Assembly: GCA_049969615.1 (NCBI GenBank)
Contig: JBMFOM010000003.1
Location: 1-46,218 of the forward strand
DNA: 46,218 nucleotides
Reading direction: 5' to 3'
DNA from: a candidate division WOR-3 bacterium
GTDB taxonomy: Bacteria > Hydrothermota > Hydrothermia > JBDRYB01
Shown: piece by piece, positions 1 to 9,755 of the stretch
Position numbering within the stretch: position 1 is the first letter of the stretch
Layout: each line of letters begins with the position of its first letter
Notes under the pieces: generated by a model
The model's input: the letters and a program-made list of their open reading frames with translations, nothing else
The model's database searches: none
What the model was told of the DNA's origin: nothing
Position numbers and translations under genes: made by a program

Positions 1-122
1 GGCTTCTAAGAGGGACCCTCTGAAAAATCCCTTCACGAGGGCATTTACTCAGGGTTTTCTTCTAACTATGATGAGGCTCCCGGCTGGGGACCAGGGGCAA
101 ACCGGGATTTTTCAGGGGTTTC
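1..122 (-). repeat. Copy A of dispersed MITE-like repeat (truncated by window edge)
   Basis: Reverse complement (gaaacccctgaaaaatcccggtttgcccctggtcc...ggatttttcagagggtccctcttagaagcc) aligns by eye with 23108-23228 and 40702-40821. Confidence 0.85.
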
Positions 123-173
123 TTTTTGAGAGCGAGCGCGAACTTGAATCTGAGGACCCGGCTTCCTTAGGAT

Positions 174-1367
174 ATGGGCCTGAGATTCCGCGAGATTCTG
201 CTTATTATTGCTGTTTCCCTGGCATTCAGGGCGGGCTTTGTTCTGCCAGCGCTTGTAAGGCATTCAGTGGCCCTCGGCCCTCCCCACCTTGATACCCACG
301 AGTATTACGCCCTGGCGCAGAGCATCACGCGAGGGCTTTATGAGATAGGAGGAGTTGACTGGATACTCAGGCCTCCGGGATACCCCGCTTTCCTCGCGGC
401 AGTGAACATAACATTCGGCGCTGATCCCAGGTTCGCGGTTGCCCTCCAGGTCATCCTCGGGATCCTGATCGCTATACTCGTAGCCTTTTGGGCCTCGGAG
501 ACATCCGGTAGAACTGCCGGTCTCGCGGCTGGCCTTTTTGCCGGACTTGCGCCTGTTACGGGTCTTCTCTCTGGATTTCTCCTGGCCGAGGCCGTTTTCA
601 CCTCAGCTGTGGCCTTGGGACTATTTTTCTTTAGGAAAAGACCCGCGCTGTCTGGTTTCCTTCTCGGTCTCTCGGCCCTGGTGAAACCCACAGGGATATA
701 TCCGGCCGTGGTCGCGGCCGGATATCACGCGGTCAGGAAGGATTGGACGAGGGCCGGACTCCTGGCCATCGCTTTCCTAGTGCCGGTTCTGCCGTGGCTC
801 GCCAGGAATAAGATAGTCAATGGCAAAGCGATCCTTTCTACCCAGCACGAGGCAACCGTATTTCTGTATTCTGCTCCATATACCATGATGCAGGAGACCG
901 GCATCGGATACGAGGAAGCGCTGGTGAACCTGGGTGATACCCTTGGTTGCGAGGACCTTGAGGCCGCGCCGCTTGATCCCGGCCTGGCCGGAGAGCTCTC
1001 CAGGAGAGGAGTGGCCTACATGCTCCGTCACCCCGCGGCATACGCGGCCGCTCACCTGAAGGGCTTCGTTAAAGGATTCTATGGCCTCGGAAGGGAGTTC
1101 ACCACGATGATCTGGCCAAACCCTTTGGCTACAAGAATAATAGTTATCATGAGCTGGCTATACGCTCTCGTTGTCTATATACTGGCCATACGGGGATTCC
1201 TGAGGCTCAGGGGCGAGGGATTTGCCCTTGCCATCACGGTCTTTCTCCTTCTTTTTCTGCCAGGCGCGGATGGTTCATTTAGGTTCCGTGCGCCAGCTGA
1301 ACCCATCCTGGCATTGGCCGCGGGGATAGGGCTTGCCTCTCTTATTGGCAAGTTTCGGCGCCCATGA
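174..1367 (+). CDS. ArnT/GT39-like (GT-C fold) membrane glycosyltransferase
   Basis: Many TM segments; D-x-x-EY-x-x-LA motif, RPPGYPAFLA, LLAE and LVKP motifs, C-terminal RFRAP. Confidence 0.75.
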   Translation: MGLRFREILLIIAVSLAFRAGFVLPALVRHSVALGPPHLDTHEYYALAQSITRGLYEIGGVDWILRPPGYPAFLAAVNITFGADPRFAVALQVILGILIAILVAFWASETSGRTAGLAAGLFAGLAPVTGLLSGFLLAEAVFTSAVALGLFFFRKRPALSGFLLGLSALVKPTGIYPAVVAAGYHAVRKDWTRAGLLAIAFLVPVLPWLARNKIVNGKAILSTQHEATVFLYSAPYTMMQETGIGYEEALVNLGDTLGCEDLEAAPLDPGLAGELSRRGVAYMLRHPAAYAAAHLKGFVKGFYGLGREFTTMIWPNPLATRIIVIMSWLYALVVYILAIRGFLRLRGEGFALAITVFLLLFLPGADGSFRFRAPAEPILALAAGIGLASLIGKFRRP

Positions 1368-1526
1368 TTAGCTAGGCCATGGTCGCGGCCCCACAGGATA
1401 AAGGAATTCACCCTCTCCGCCGGAGAGCACATGGTAAGGGTGGTGAAGGAGGGATATAAACCGTGGGAGGGCTGGGTTACCATTTATCCTGACAAGACCA
1501 CCATCCTTAAGGTTAAGCTGAAATAG
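1368..1526 (+). pseudogene. PEGA-domain C-terminal fragment
   Basis: Translates as LARPWSRPHRIKEFTLSAGEHMVRVVKEGYKPWEGWVTIYPDKTTILKVKLK*, which fits the PEGA pattern; same frame as the upstream gene, directly after its TGA. Confidence 0.55.
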
Positions 1527-1550
1527 GGGCAACCCGATTTGATCGCCCCA
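1526..1550. terminator. Possible hairpin between convergent genes
   Basis: ggggc...gcccc inverted repeat; no clear U-tract. Confidence 0.3.
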
Positions 1551-1583
1551 GCCACTAAAACTCCAGGTTTTACGGCGTCTTGC

Positions 1584-2816
1584 CTACATGTTTTCTATGA
1601 GCGCGTCCCCGAACTCCGAGCACTTCAGCTCTGTCGCGCCTTTCTCTCCTTCCGCGGCCCAGCCCCTGACCAGGTCATAGGTCCCTTTGCGCTGGGCAAG
1701 GGTTTTCTCTGTGGCGCGGTGGATGAGGTCCGCGGCCTCCCGCCAACCCATATACTCCAGCATCATCGCGGCAGAAAGTATGAGGGATGAGGGGTTCACC
1801 TTGTCCTTGCCAGCGTATTTCGGTGCGGTGCCGTGGGTCGCCTCAAAGACCGCGAGGAAGTCACCGATGTTGGCGCCCGGCGCCATTCCCAGGCCTCCAA
1901 CGCCCGCGGCGGCCGCGTCAGAGATATAGTCCCCGTTCAGGTTCGGAGTCACTATCACATCGTATTCGTCTGTCCTAGTCAGTATCTGCTGGAACATGTT
2001 GTCCGCTATCCTGTCGTTGACGAGGAGTTTCCCATTGGGCATCTTTCCACCGTGCTTGTCCCAGAGATCAGCCTCGGTCACAAAGTGGTCCCCGAACTCA
2101 GGCTCGGAGACAACCTCGTATCCCCATTGCATAAAAGCGCCCTCCGTGAACTTCATGATGTTTCCCTTGTGCATGAAGGTCGCGGAACGCCTGCCATTTT
2201 CAAGCGCATAGCGGAGGGCTTTGCGTATGTGGCGCTTGCTCCTGGTGGGACCCATGGGCTTTATGCCAACGCCGACATCTGAGAGAACCTTTTGCTCCGT
2301 GACCCCAAAGTCTCTAAGGAGATCAATGAGCCGTTTTGCCTCCGGCGAACCGGATTGGTATTCAACGCCCGCGTAGACATCCTCGGTGTTCTCCCTGAAG
2401 ATAACGATGTCCATCTTCTCGGGATGCTTAAGCGGCGACGCGGAGCCATACCAACGGACAGGCCTCACGCATGAGTAAAGATCGAGTATTTGCCTTATGC
2501 CAACATTCAGGGACCTGAAGCCTCCGCCTATGGGCGTGGTCAGAGGGCCTTTTATGCCCACGACATATTCCCTGAGAGCGTTGATGGTGGCCTCTGGCAA
2601 ATATTCTCCGGTGGCCTCAAGCGCCTTTTCTCCAGCGAGAACCTCGCACCACTCTATCTTTCTTTTGCCAGCATATGCCTTTGCCACCGCGGCATCCACC
2701 ACCTTCAGCATCGCGGGCGTTATATCCCTTCCCGTCCCATCTCCCTCAATGTAAGGTATGATGGGATTATCGGGAACGACCAGCTTATCCTTCTCTATCT
2801 TTATCTTTTCTGCCAT
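1584..2816 (-). CDS. icd: NADP-dependent isocitrate dehydrogenase
   Basis: [46 protein letters not shown] and [12 protein letters not shown] motifs; ATG 2816 has an AGAGGT RBS. Confidence 0.93.
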   Translation of the reverse strand: MAEKIKIEKDKLVVPDNPIIPYIEGDGTGRDITPAMLKVVDAAVAKAYAGKRKIEWCEVLAGEKALEATGEYLPEATINALREYVVGIKGPLTTPIGGGFRSLNVGIRQILDLYSCVRPVRWYGSASPLKHPEKMDIVIFRENTEDVYAGVEYQSGSPEAKRLIDLLRDFGVTEQKVLSDVGVGIKPMGPTRSKRHIRKALRYALENGRRSATFMHKGNIMKFTEGAFMQWGYEVVSEPEFGDHFVTEADLWDKHGGKMPNGKLLVNDRIADNMFQQILTRTDEYDVIVTPNLNGDYISDAAAAGVGGLGMAPGANIGDFLAVFEATHGTAPKYAGKDKVNPSSLILSAAMMLEYMGWREAADLIHRATEKTLAQRKGTYDLVRGWAAEGEKGATELKCSEFGDALIENM

Positions 2817-2874
2817 GTTTTTTACCTCTTCTAAGAGCATTTCAAAGTCTCTGTTTTTTTCAGAACACTTGTCT

Positions 2875-3372
2875 TTAAAGCACTATGTCCCCGTGTTTCT
2901 TTATGTGTTCAACTAGGCCGCCATCCTCAAGTATCCGAAGGAGTTGCGGGGACAGTGGCCTGAAACGAACCTCCCTTCCGTTGGTGAGGTCCCTGACCAC
3001 GCCCTCGGCGAGATCAACCTCAAGCTCATCGCCCTCTTCTATGAAGGATGTATCCACCGTGATCACCGGAAGGCCGATGTTTATGGAATTTCTAAAGAAG
3101 ATCCGCGCAAAAGACCTTGCCAGAACGGCCGAGACTCCCGCGAGCTTTATGATGGTGGGCGCGTGCTCGCGCGATGAACCGAGTCCAAAGTTCCATCCCG
3201 CGACAACGAAGTCTCCAGGCTTGACGCCCGCGGCAAAATCCTGCCTCGCATCCTCCAGGACATGCTTTGCGAGCTCGGGCAGGTTTGAGCGGAGGTGAAA
3301 ATATCTGCCAGGCGCGATGTGATCCGTGGATATGCTGTCCCCGAACTTCCATGCTCTTCCCTTCATCTTCAT
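2875..3372 (-). CDS. leuD: 3-isopropylmalate dehydratase/homoaconitase-family small subunit
   Basis: [40 protein letters not shown] motifs. Confidence 0.88.
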   Translation of the reverse strand: MKMKGRAWKFGDSISTDHIAPGRYFHLRSNLPELAKHVLEDARQDFAAGVKPGDFVVAGWNFGLGSSREHAPTIIKLAGVSAVLARSFARIFFRNSINIGLPVITVDTSFIEEGDELEVDLAEGVVRDLTNGREVRFRPLSPQLLRILEDGGLVEHIKKHGDIVL

Positions 3373-4625
3373 TTCAAAACCTCCCTGGGATCGGTTATCC
3401 TCCCGGCCAGAGCGGTGGCCGCGGCCGTCGCGGGCGAGGAGAGATATATGAATCCCTCTGGGTTGCCCATCCTTCCCTCAAAGTTGCGGTTCTGGGTGGA
3501 AAGAACTACCTCGCCCTTGCCGAGAACCCCCTGGTGAACGCCAACACATGGCCCACAACCGGGCGGAAGAACCAGTCCGCCAGCCTCAACCAGGGTGGCC
3601 AGGATTCCCTCGCTCATGGCCCGAAGGTATATTTTCCGGGAAGCGGGTGCTACTATTAGCCTCACTCCAGGCGCGACCTTTTTGCCCTTGAGGATTTCAG
3701 CCGCGATCCGAAGGTCAGAAAGTCTCCCATTCGTGCAGGTTCCTATGACAACCTGGTGAACCCTGACATCCGAGAGCTCCTTTGCAAGCGCGGTGTTATC
3801 AACCCTGTGTGGCTTGGAAACCGTTGGCTCAATGGATGAAAGGTCATACTCAAGGGTTTTCTCGTATTCCGCGTCCGGATCCGGGATGAGCTCCTTGAAC
3901 ATCTCACCCCGTCCCCATTCCTCAAGGTATCTTTTGGTTATTCCATCGGAGGGGAATAGGCCTGCCTTCGCTCCTGCCTCAACTGTCATGTTAGAAACCG
4001 TGAGCCTGGATTCCATGTCAAGCGAATCAAGCTCTCCAGAGAATTCAAGAGCTTTGTAGTCCGCTCCGTCAGCGCCTATGTCGCCAATGAGGTGAAGGAT
4101 GAGGTCCTTCGCGTAGACACCTTTCTGAAACCTGCCGACGAGAACAACCCTGAAGCTCTCCGGGACACGGAACCAGGTCTTGCCGGTGGCCATTGCCACA
4201 GCGACATCAGTTGAACCCATCCCGGTCGCGAAAGCGCCAAACGCGCCCGCGGTGCAGGTGTGGGAGTCCGCCCCTACGATGAGCATTCCTGGTGCCGCGC
4301 GCTCCTCAGCTACTATTTGGTGACAGACCCCGTCGCCAACCTCAGAGACGATCGCTCCGGTCTTAGCCGAAAACTCGCGCATGAAAATGTGATCGTCGGA
4401 GAGCTCCTTTCGTGGGCTTGGCGCGGCGTGATCAAAGAAGAATATGGTTGAGGATGGGTTTGCCACCCTGTCAAGGCCGAGCTTCTCTATCTGGCGAACA
4501 GCAAGGGGACCTGTCCCATCCTGTGCAAAGGCCAGGTCAACCCTCGCTACCACCATGTCTCCGGCTCTAGCGTCTGTCCCGCTCTTCTCCGAGAATATCT
4601 TCTCTGCTATGGTTTTTCCCGCCAT
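3369..4625 (-). CDS. leuC: 3-isopropylmalate dehydratase/homoaconitase-family large subunit
   Basis: DH, GADSHTCT, GTCTNGR, PGCGPC (4Fe-4S ligands), STQNRNFEGRMG. Confidence 0.88.
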   Translation of the reverse strand: MAGKTIAEKIFSEKSGTDARAGDMVVARVDLAFAQDGTGPLAVRQIEKLGLDRVANPSSTIFFFDHAAPSPRKELSDDHIFMREFSAKTGAIVSEVGDGVCHQIVAEERAAPGMLIVGADSHTCTAGAFGAFATGMGSTDVAVAMATGKTWFRVPESFRVVLVGRFQKGVYAKDLILHLIGDIGADGADYKALEFSGELDSLDMESRLTVSNMTVEAGAKAGLFPSDGITKRYLEEWGRGEMFKELIPDPDAEYEKTLEYDLSSIEPTVSKPHRVDNTALAKELSDVRVHQVVIGTCTNGRLSDLRIAAEILKGKKVAPGVRLIVAPASRKIYLRAMSEGILATLVEAGGLVLPPGCGPCVGVHQGVLGKGEVVLSTQNRNFEGRMGNPEGFIYLSSPATAAATALAGRITDPREVLK

Positions 4626-4630
4626 ATCGC

Positions 4631-6010
4631 TTACTTCTTTTTCTTGGCCTCGTATTTGGCGTATATCTCAGGTATGTGCCTTTTGACCAGATCAAACATC
4701 TCTTCATCTGACATGGTCGTTACCCTGCCCGCATTGTAGGTAGCTATTAGTTCCTCGTATATCTTCTGGATACCGGGGTCTGACTTGGAAACCTCCAGGC
4801 CCATGTTGTCCTCTATCCACTTGGCTATACCGGCAACGCCGGACTTGTCAGTTATGGCAACTCCAGGTGGCCTTCCGAGCAAAGCGTTGGTGTCAAACGC
4901 GTTGTAGATCTCCTCAAACTTCAGTAGCCCATCCGCGTGAATCCCGGCTTGGGTTATGTTGAAATTCTTGCCAACAATGGGTTGCCATGTGGGTATGGGG
5001 AGCCCGGTCTCAGTCTCCATATATCTGGCCAACTCGGTAAGGGCGTGAAGGTTGAGGCCGTTCATGTCTCCCTTCAGCCCTATGTAGTGGATTATGGCGC
5101 CTTCCATGGGGCAGTTGCCCGTTCTCTCGCCTATGCCCATTATGGTCGTATTGGCATACATCGCTCCATAGAGCCAGGAGGCAACAGTGTTGGCTGTCAC
5201 AAGGTGGAAGTCGTTGTGAGCGTGTATCTCAAGTCTATCCGATGGTATCCCCGCGTAGTGCCGCAGGCAATAGACCATCTTGGGGATTGACCTGGGCAGG
5301 ACTGCGTTTGGCCATGGCATACCAAAGCCCATGGTGTCACAGAGCCTGACCTTTATGAATAGTCCGGTCTCAGCGGAGAGGTCCATGAGCTCCTGCGCGA
5401 ACGGCACCACGCAACCCCAGAAATCAGCCCTGGTTATATCCTCAAAGTGGCACCTGACCGCCTTGAGTCCGGCATCCGCCGCGGCGCGAACCACATCCTT
5501 GTATTTGTCTATGGCCTCACGTCTTGACTTGAATCCCATCTTCTTGAAGATGTGGTAGTCAGAAATTGAGGTGAGCATCCCGGTCTCAGCAAGGCCCATA
5601 TCCTTGACCAGCTGGAAATCCTTTGGGTTGGCCCTTATCCAGCCAGTGACCTCAGGGTATTTCAGGCCCAAGGCCCTGACCTTGTCAACGGCCTCCCTGT
5701 CCTTTTGGGTGTAGAGAAAGAACTCGGATTGCCTTATGACGCCGTTGGGGCCTCCAATCTCTGAAAGCATCTTGTATATGTCAACTATCTGCTGGACAGA
5801 GAAGGGGGGCCTGGCCTGCTGGCCATCGCGAAAGGTGGTATCGGTTATGTAAATCTCATCCGGAAGCTCTGGAACGACCATAGTTCCCTCAAAAGCCATT
5901 CTCGGGGGCAGGGAATACGGAAAGTATTCCCTGTAAAAGTTTGGTTCCCCTGGTTCCACAAGGGGAAACCTCTCAGCACCTGGGTGCAAGAAATTATTCC
6001 ACTTCTCCAT
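4631..6010 (-). CDS. Re-citrate synthase (DRE-TIM metallolyase, LeuA/homocitrate synthase family)
   Basis: DTTFRDGQQAR, IRQSEFF, CHFEDITRAD, HAHNDF, GIGERTGN, AGIHADG; the N-terminal EPNFYREYFPY extension resembles Re-CS as recalled; no LeuA regulatory domain; ATG 6010 has a GAGGAG RBS. Confidence 0.75.
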   Translation of the reverse strand: MEKWNNFLHPGAERFPLVEPGEPNFYREYFPYSLPPRMAFEGTMVVPELPDEIYITDTTFRDGQQARPPFSVQQIVDIYKMLSEIGGPNGVIRQSEFFLYTQKDREAVDKVRALGLKYPEVTGWIRANPKDFQLVKDMGLAETGMLTSISDYHIFKKMGFKSRREAIDKYKDVVRAAADAGLKAVRCHFEDITRADFWGCVVPFAQELMDLSAETGLFIKVRLCDTMGFGMPWPNAVLPRSIPKMVYCLRHYAGIPSDRLEIHAHNDFHLVTANTVASWLYGAMYANTTIMGIGERTGNCPMEGAIIHYIGLKGDMNGLNLHALTELARYMETETGLPIPTWQPIVGKNFNITQAGIHADGLLKFEEIYNAFDTNALLGRPPGVAITDKSGVAGIAKWIEDNMGLEVSKSDPGIQKIYEELIATYNAGRVTTMSDEEMFDLVKRHIPEIYAKYEAKKKK

Positions 6011-6409
6011 GATAATCTCCTCAAAAAGGCCTTTTATCCGGATCAAATCTTAAACCACAAGGTGGTTGATTTTCAATAACGATCATGGGTTAATAAAGGA
6101 TTATTTCTGGTAAGATAAAACCCGTAAAGTGCTCTTTGATAAATAATTATAGCAATATTTGGTGACCAGAAATAAACTAAACTACTGGTTGATCGGGGCG
6201 CGGGCAGGACTCTCAGAATAGGCAATGTAGTTATGTTGGATCCCATGAAAGAATGGGCTATCAGCCTGATCAAGAGGCATAGTGCGGATGCTCTCCAAAT
6301 ATCGTGATGCCTGCCATAACCGAAAAGGGACGCTGAGGGGCAAAGATTAGAAGTGCCCTTCTTCAACTGGAACACGGGGACGAGAATCCGATATAATTTT
6401 CCGCCTAAA

Positions 6410-7396
6410 GTGTCAATTGAAAAAGCCCTTGAGCGATTCTCTGGTTTCAGGGTAGGGGTAATCGGAGACCTGATCCTGGACCGGTATCTGTTCGGGGACG
6501 CGGAGCGAATATCCCCGGAGGCACCTGTTCCTGTTGTCAGAACGCAAGATCAGCGCGACGGGCCTGGCGGCGCGGGTAATGTGGCAACGAATCTCCTGGC
6601 ATCTGGAGCAAAAGTATTTCTCTTTGGCATAGTGGGCGACGATGCTGAGGGCAGAGCGCTCGTTTCACTGCTTGATGAAATCGGCATAAGCAACCGTGTC
6701 CTGGTTGATCCCACCAGGCCGACCACCCTGAAAACCAGGGTGATAGCACAGAACCAGCAGGTAATTCGCATAGACAGGGAAGTTTGCTCTGAGATAACCA
6801 CGGATCTGGCGGAAGAGCTGGCTCATGCGGTCGCGGAAGCCCCCTTGGATGCCCTGATAATAGAGGATTATGATAAGGGAACCATGACCCCATGGCTTAT
6901 AGAAAGCGTCAAAGAGATAATGGCTGACAGGCTCGTGTCAGTTGATCCGAAATCCACCCGGTTCAGGCAATACTCCGGGGTCGGGCTTTTTAAGCCAAAC
7001 AGAAGGGAATTTCTCTCTGAGACCAGGACGCGCGATGACCTTGCCTCAATAGCGAAGGCCGCCGCGAAATTTAGACGGGAAACGGAAACAGAAAGACTCC
7101 TCGTCACCCTCGGAGGCGATGGGGCCATAGCCTGCGATAATGGAGGAACAACGCATGTTCCCGCCCTCAGGAGGGAGGTATATGATGTGACTGGCGCGGG
7201 AGACACTGTGATAGCATACGCCACCTTGGGTCTCCTGGCAGGGTTGAGCTTCGTGGAATCCGCATGTATAGCTTCAATAGCTGGCGGAATAAAGGTGGGC
7301 AAGTTCGGCGCCACGCCCGTAAGCCTGGCTGAGGTAGCGGCCGTTGTGAGGGCCGAGTGGGACAACCTCCTGACGAAAACGAGGGAACTGCCTTGA
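6410..7396 (+). CDS. rfaE1: Stand-alone ADP-heptose synthase kinase domain (PfkB family)
   Basis: VIGDLILDRY, ERISPEAPVPVV, GGAGNVA, TTLKTRV, DVTGAGDTV; likely GTG start at 6410 after TATAAT. Confidence 0.88.
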   Translation: MSIEKALERFSGFRVGVIGDLILDRYLFGDAERISPEAPVPVVRTQDQRDGPGGAGNVATNLLASGAKVFLFGIVGDDAEGRALVSLLDEIGISNRVLVDPTRPTTLKTRVIAQNQQVIRIDREVCSEITTDLAEELAHAVAEAPLDALIIEDYDKGTMTPWLIESVKEIMADRLVSVDPKSTRFRQYSGVGLFKPNRREFLSETRTRDDLASIAKAAAKFRRETETERLLVTLGGDGAIACDNGGTTHVPALRREVYDVTGAGDTVIAYATLGLLAGLSFVESACIASIAGGIKVGKFGATPVSLAEVAAVVRAEWDNLLTKTRELP

Positions 7397-8427
7397 AATT
7401 TTTGAGACAGGACATATCCGGCACCTTTGGTTTTGGTATAACAGAGATAGAGAGGCTCAAGGCAAAGCTTGACCAGAACGAGTGCGCGCGGGACCTCCCT
7501 GATGATCTCAGGGAACTTCTCAGAGAGGAGCTCTTTAGGTTCCGGTTGAACCGGTATCCCCAACCCAGGGACTACTACGAGGCAAAGGAGATATTCGCGG
7601 AGGCTTTGAGCCTAAAACCAGAGAACATCTTTCTGACGGTGGGATGCGACCAGGTCATCATTATGGCTTTCTGGCTCGCTGGAGGGCCTGGCCGCAAGAC
7701 GCTGATATTTGAGCCGACATACCCCATGTATGCCCACGCCGCAATGATCACCGGGACAGAAGCCTTGAGAGTCAATCTCGGCGCTGACTTCATCTGGGAC
7801 ACATCGTATTTCTCGGATGACCTGCACCTGATAAGCATAGTCTCGCCGAACAATCCAACCGGCCAGCTCGCAGAGGATGAAGTGGCTGAGATAGCGCTGA
7901 GAACAGGTGTTTTTGTATTTGTGGATGAAGCATATTACGATTTCTCCGGAAAGACATACCTGGGCTTCCTTGAGGAACACGAGAACCTGATGATAGGGCG
8001 CTCCCTGGCAAAATCGGGACTTGCTGGTACAAGGCTCGGCTATGGCATAGCGAGGCCTGAGATAGTGAGGCTGGCCGAGGGGCTTCTCTTTATACCATAT
8101 CATCTGAACTTCCTCCAGCTGGCGGTCGCGAGGGCATACCCAGGACTGAAACACTTTCTCGCGGACTGGGCCAGGGAAGTCAACTCTGAAAAGGAAAGGC
8201 TATACAGCTTCTTTGATCAGCAGGGCATACCATATCAGAGGAGCTACGCGAACTTCGTGCTTTTCAAGGTTCCTGACCCCAGAAAAACATACGATTGTCT
8301 CTTGGGCGAGTGCATCAGGATAAGGAACACCTCTTCAATGAAGGGGCTTGAAGGGTGGCTCAGGGTTACGATCGGAACACCGGAGGAGATGGACTGCTTC
8401 ATGGAATCACTGAAAGCATCCATATAG
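7393..8427 (+). CDS. hisC: Histidinol-phosphate aminotransferase-family PLP enzyme
   Basis: LNRYP, SPNNPTG, VDEAYYDF, RSLAKSGLAGTRLGY (PLP Lys), LRVTIGT; TTG start overlaps the upstream stop. CobD-type function not excluded. Confidence 0.75.
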   Translation: MKFLRQDISGTFGFGITEIERLKAKLDQNECARDLPDDLRELLREELFRFRLNRYPQPRDYYEAKEIFAEALSLKPENIFLTVGCDQVIIMAFWLAGGPGRKTLIFEPTYPMYAHAAMITGTEALRVNLGADFIWDTSYFSDDLHLISIVSPNNPTGQLAEDEVAEIALRTGVFVFVDEAYYDFSGKTYLGFLEEHENLMIGRSLAKSGLAGTRLGYGIARPEIVRLAEGLLFIPYHLNFLQLAVARAYPGLKHFLADWAREVNSEKERLYSFFDQQGIPYQRSYANFVLFKVPDPRKTYDCLLGECIRIRNTSSMKGLEGWLRVTIGTPEEMDCFMESLKASI

Positions 8428-8513
8428 GATCGGCGAGATGAGCCGATATTTTGCTACAGGGACAAAGGTTGGCTTGGATCAGGAGCGGATCAGGCCGGGT
8501 GTCTTTTTTGGCC

Positions 8514-8542
8514 TTGATCTTTCGCCCGAAAACCTTTATAAA
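8514..8542 (+). promoter_or_regulatory. Sigma70-type promoter TTGATC-17-TATAAA
   Basis: TTGATC 8514-8519, TATAAA 8537-8542; AAGGAGG RBS before ATG 8619. Confidence 0.5.
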
Positions 8543-8618
8543 TATACCGGATGAAGAGGCAAACCGGATTGAAAGGGATAAAGACCCTGATCCATAATCC
8601 CTCAAGGAGGCAAAGAAT

Positions 8619-9755
8619 ATGAACGGAACCAGAGAAAGAATAAAAGTTTTGATGGGATACAAAGGGGAGAGCCCGGTGGTTTCTCTATATCTCAAGCTCG
8701 GACCCCAGGATCGCGCCGGTTCAAACTACAGGATAACCTTCAAGAACCTGCTCAGGAACCAGATGGAGAGCCTTGAGAAAAGGGGCTTCACGAAAAAAGA
8801 GCTGGAGAAGGCAAAGAAACTGATAACGAGGGTCAAGGATTTCATTGAGTCTCCGGAGAACCTGGAGGGTTGCGGGGGTCTCGCGCTGTTCGCGGGGGAC
8901 AACCTCTTTGAGGTCTTCAAACTGCCCTACGGATACATGGACAGAATGGTTGTGGACACTGGCCCACTGGTAAGGGGCCTCATAGCCATGACCGAGGAGA
9001 TAGGGACGGTGTATGCTGTGGTCCTGGACAGCAAGTTAGCGAGGTTCTTCAGGATAGAGGCCGCTGAGATAGAAGAGGTCGGAACCATGAAGGCGGGGGA
9101 GGCAGAGACGCTTTCCGGAGAGAGGCCTGGGATGGCCAGGAGCAGGGGCAATGCTTTTTCGGCCCACAGCTTTGACACGAAACAGCGGGTCCTCAGGGAT
9201 GAGATCCAGAGGTTTTACAAGGCTGTCGCGGACAGGCTTTTTGAGAGGTTCAAGAGGGAGCGCTTTGATTGGCTGGTGGTGGCTGGTTCCGGAAGGGAAG
9301 ACCTCCTGAATCACCTTCACCCGTTCGTTTCAGAGAGGCTGTTGGGCCTGGCATCCTGGGATTCCAAGAGCCTCAACCCCAACCGCATAAGGGAAACCAT
9401 CGCCGAGCTCATGGAAATCAAAAAACAGCAGTGGGAAGACGAGATCCTGACGGAATTCGTGGCAAAGAGGGAATCCGGATTGGCAACCTGTGGCCCGGAA
9501 AGGACCCTTGAGGCCCTTCACAACGGCCAGATACGTACCCTGATAGTCAAAAGGGGATACACGGTTCCGGGTTTCAGGAATCCGGATGGAACGCTCTCGC
9601 TTGAAGGGGAGGATGGGGCTATCCCGGTTCCAGATCTCATTGACGAGATAATGGAGGAATGTCTCGCGCAGGGAGCTGAGGTCTTCATCGCCCAGAAAGA
9701 GGAACTTACCAGGGAGGTTGAGAACATTGGCGCGATACTGAGGTTTAGGTTGTGA
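8619..9755 (+). CDS. Bacterial archaeo-eukaryotic release factor-like protein (baeRF/aeRF1 fold)
   Basis: PVVSLYL N-terminus, GLALF, VVLD..ARFF, F..LVVAG, ALHNGQIRTL, C-terminal IGAILRF typical of eRF1 domain 3; no GGQ or NIKS. Confidence 0.8.
   Translation: MNGTRERIKVLMGYKGESPVVSLYLKLGPQDRAGSNYRITFKNLLRNQMESLEKRGFTKKELEKAKKLITRVKDFIESPENLEGCGGLALFAGDNLFEVFKLPYGYMDRMVVDTGPLVRGLIAMTEEIGTVYAVVLDSKLARFFRIEAAEIEEVGTMKAGEAETLSGERPGMARSRGNAFSAHSFDTKQRVLRDEIQRFYKAVADRLFERFKRERFDWLVVAGSGREDLLNHLHPFVSERLLGLASWDSKSLNPNRIRETIAELMEIKKQQWEDEILTEFVAKRESGLATCGPERTLEALHNGQIRTLIVKRGYTVPGFRNPDGTLSLEGEDGAIPVPDLIDEIMEECLAQGAEVFIAQKEELTREVENIGAILRFRL

Noticed and set aside
1365-1367. Selenocysteine or genetic-code reassignment of TGA
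   Set aside because: TGA ends many genes here at their expected C-termini, often with start-codon overlaps, and no SECIS-like context is evident.
6073-6375. 100-aa ORF in the AT-rich divergent region
   Set aside because: No motifs or RBS; overlaps promoter and eroded repeat sequence.
8527-8545. Archaeal-like BRE/TATA (CGAAAACCTTTATAAATA) before the aRF1-like gene
   Set aside because: Explained more simply as a bacterial TTGATC-17-TATAAA promoter like the others in the window.
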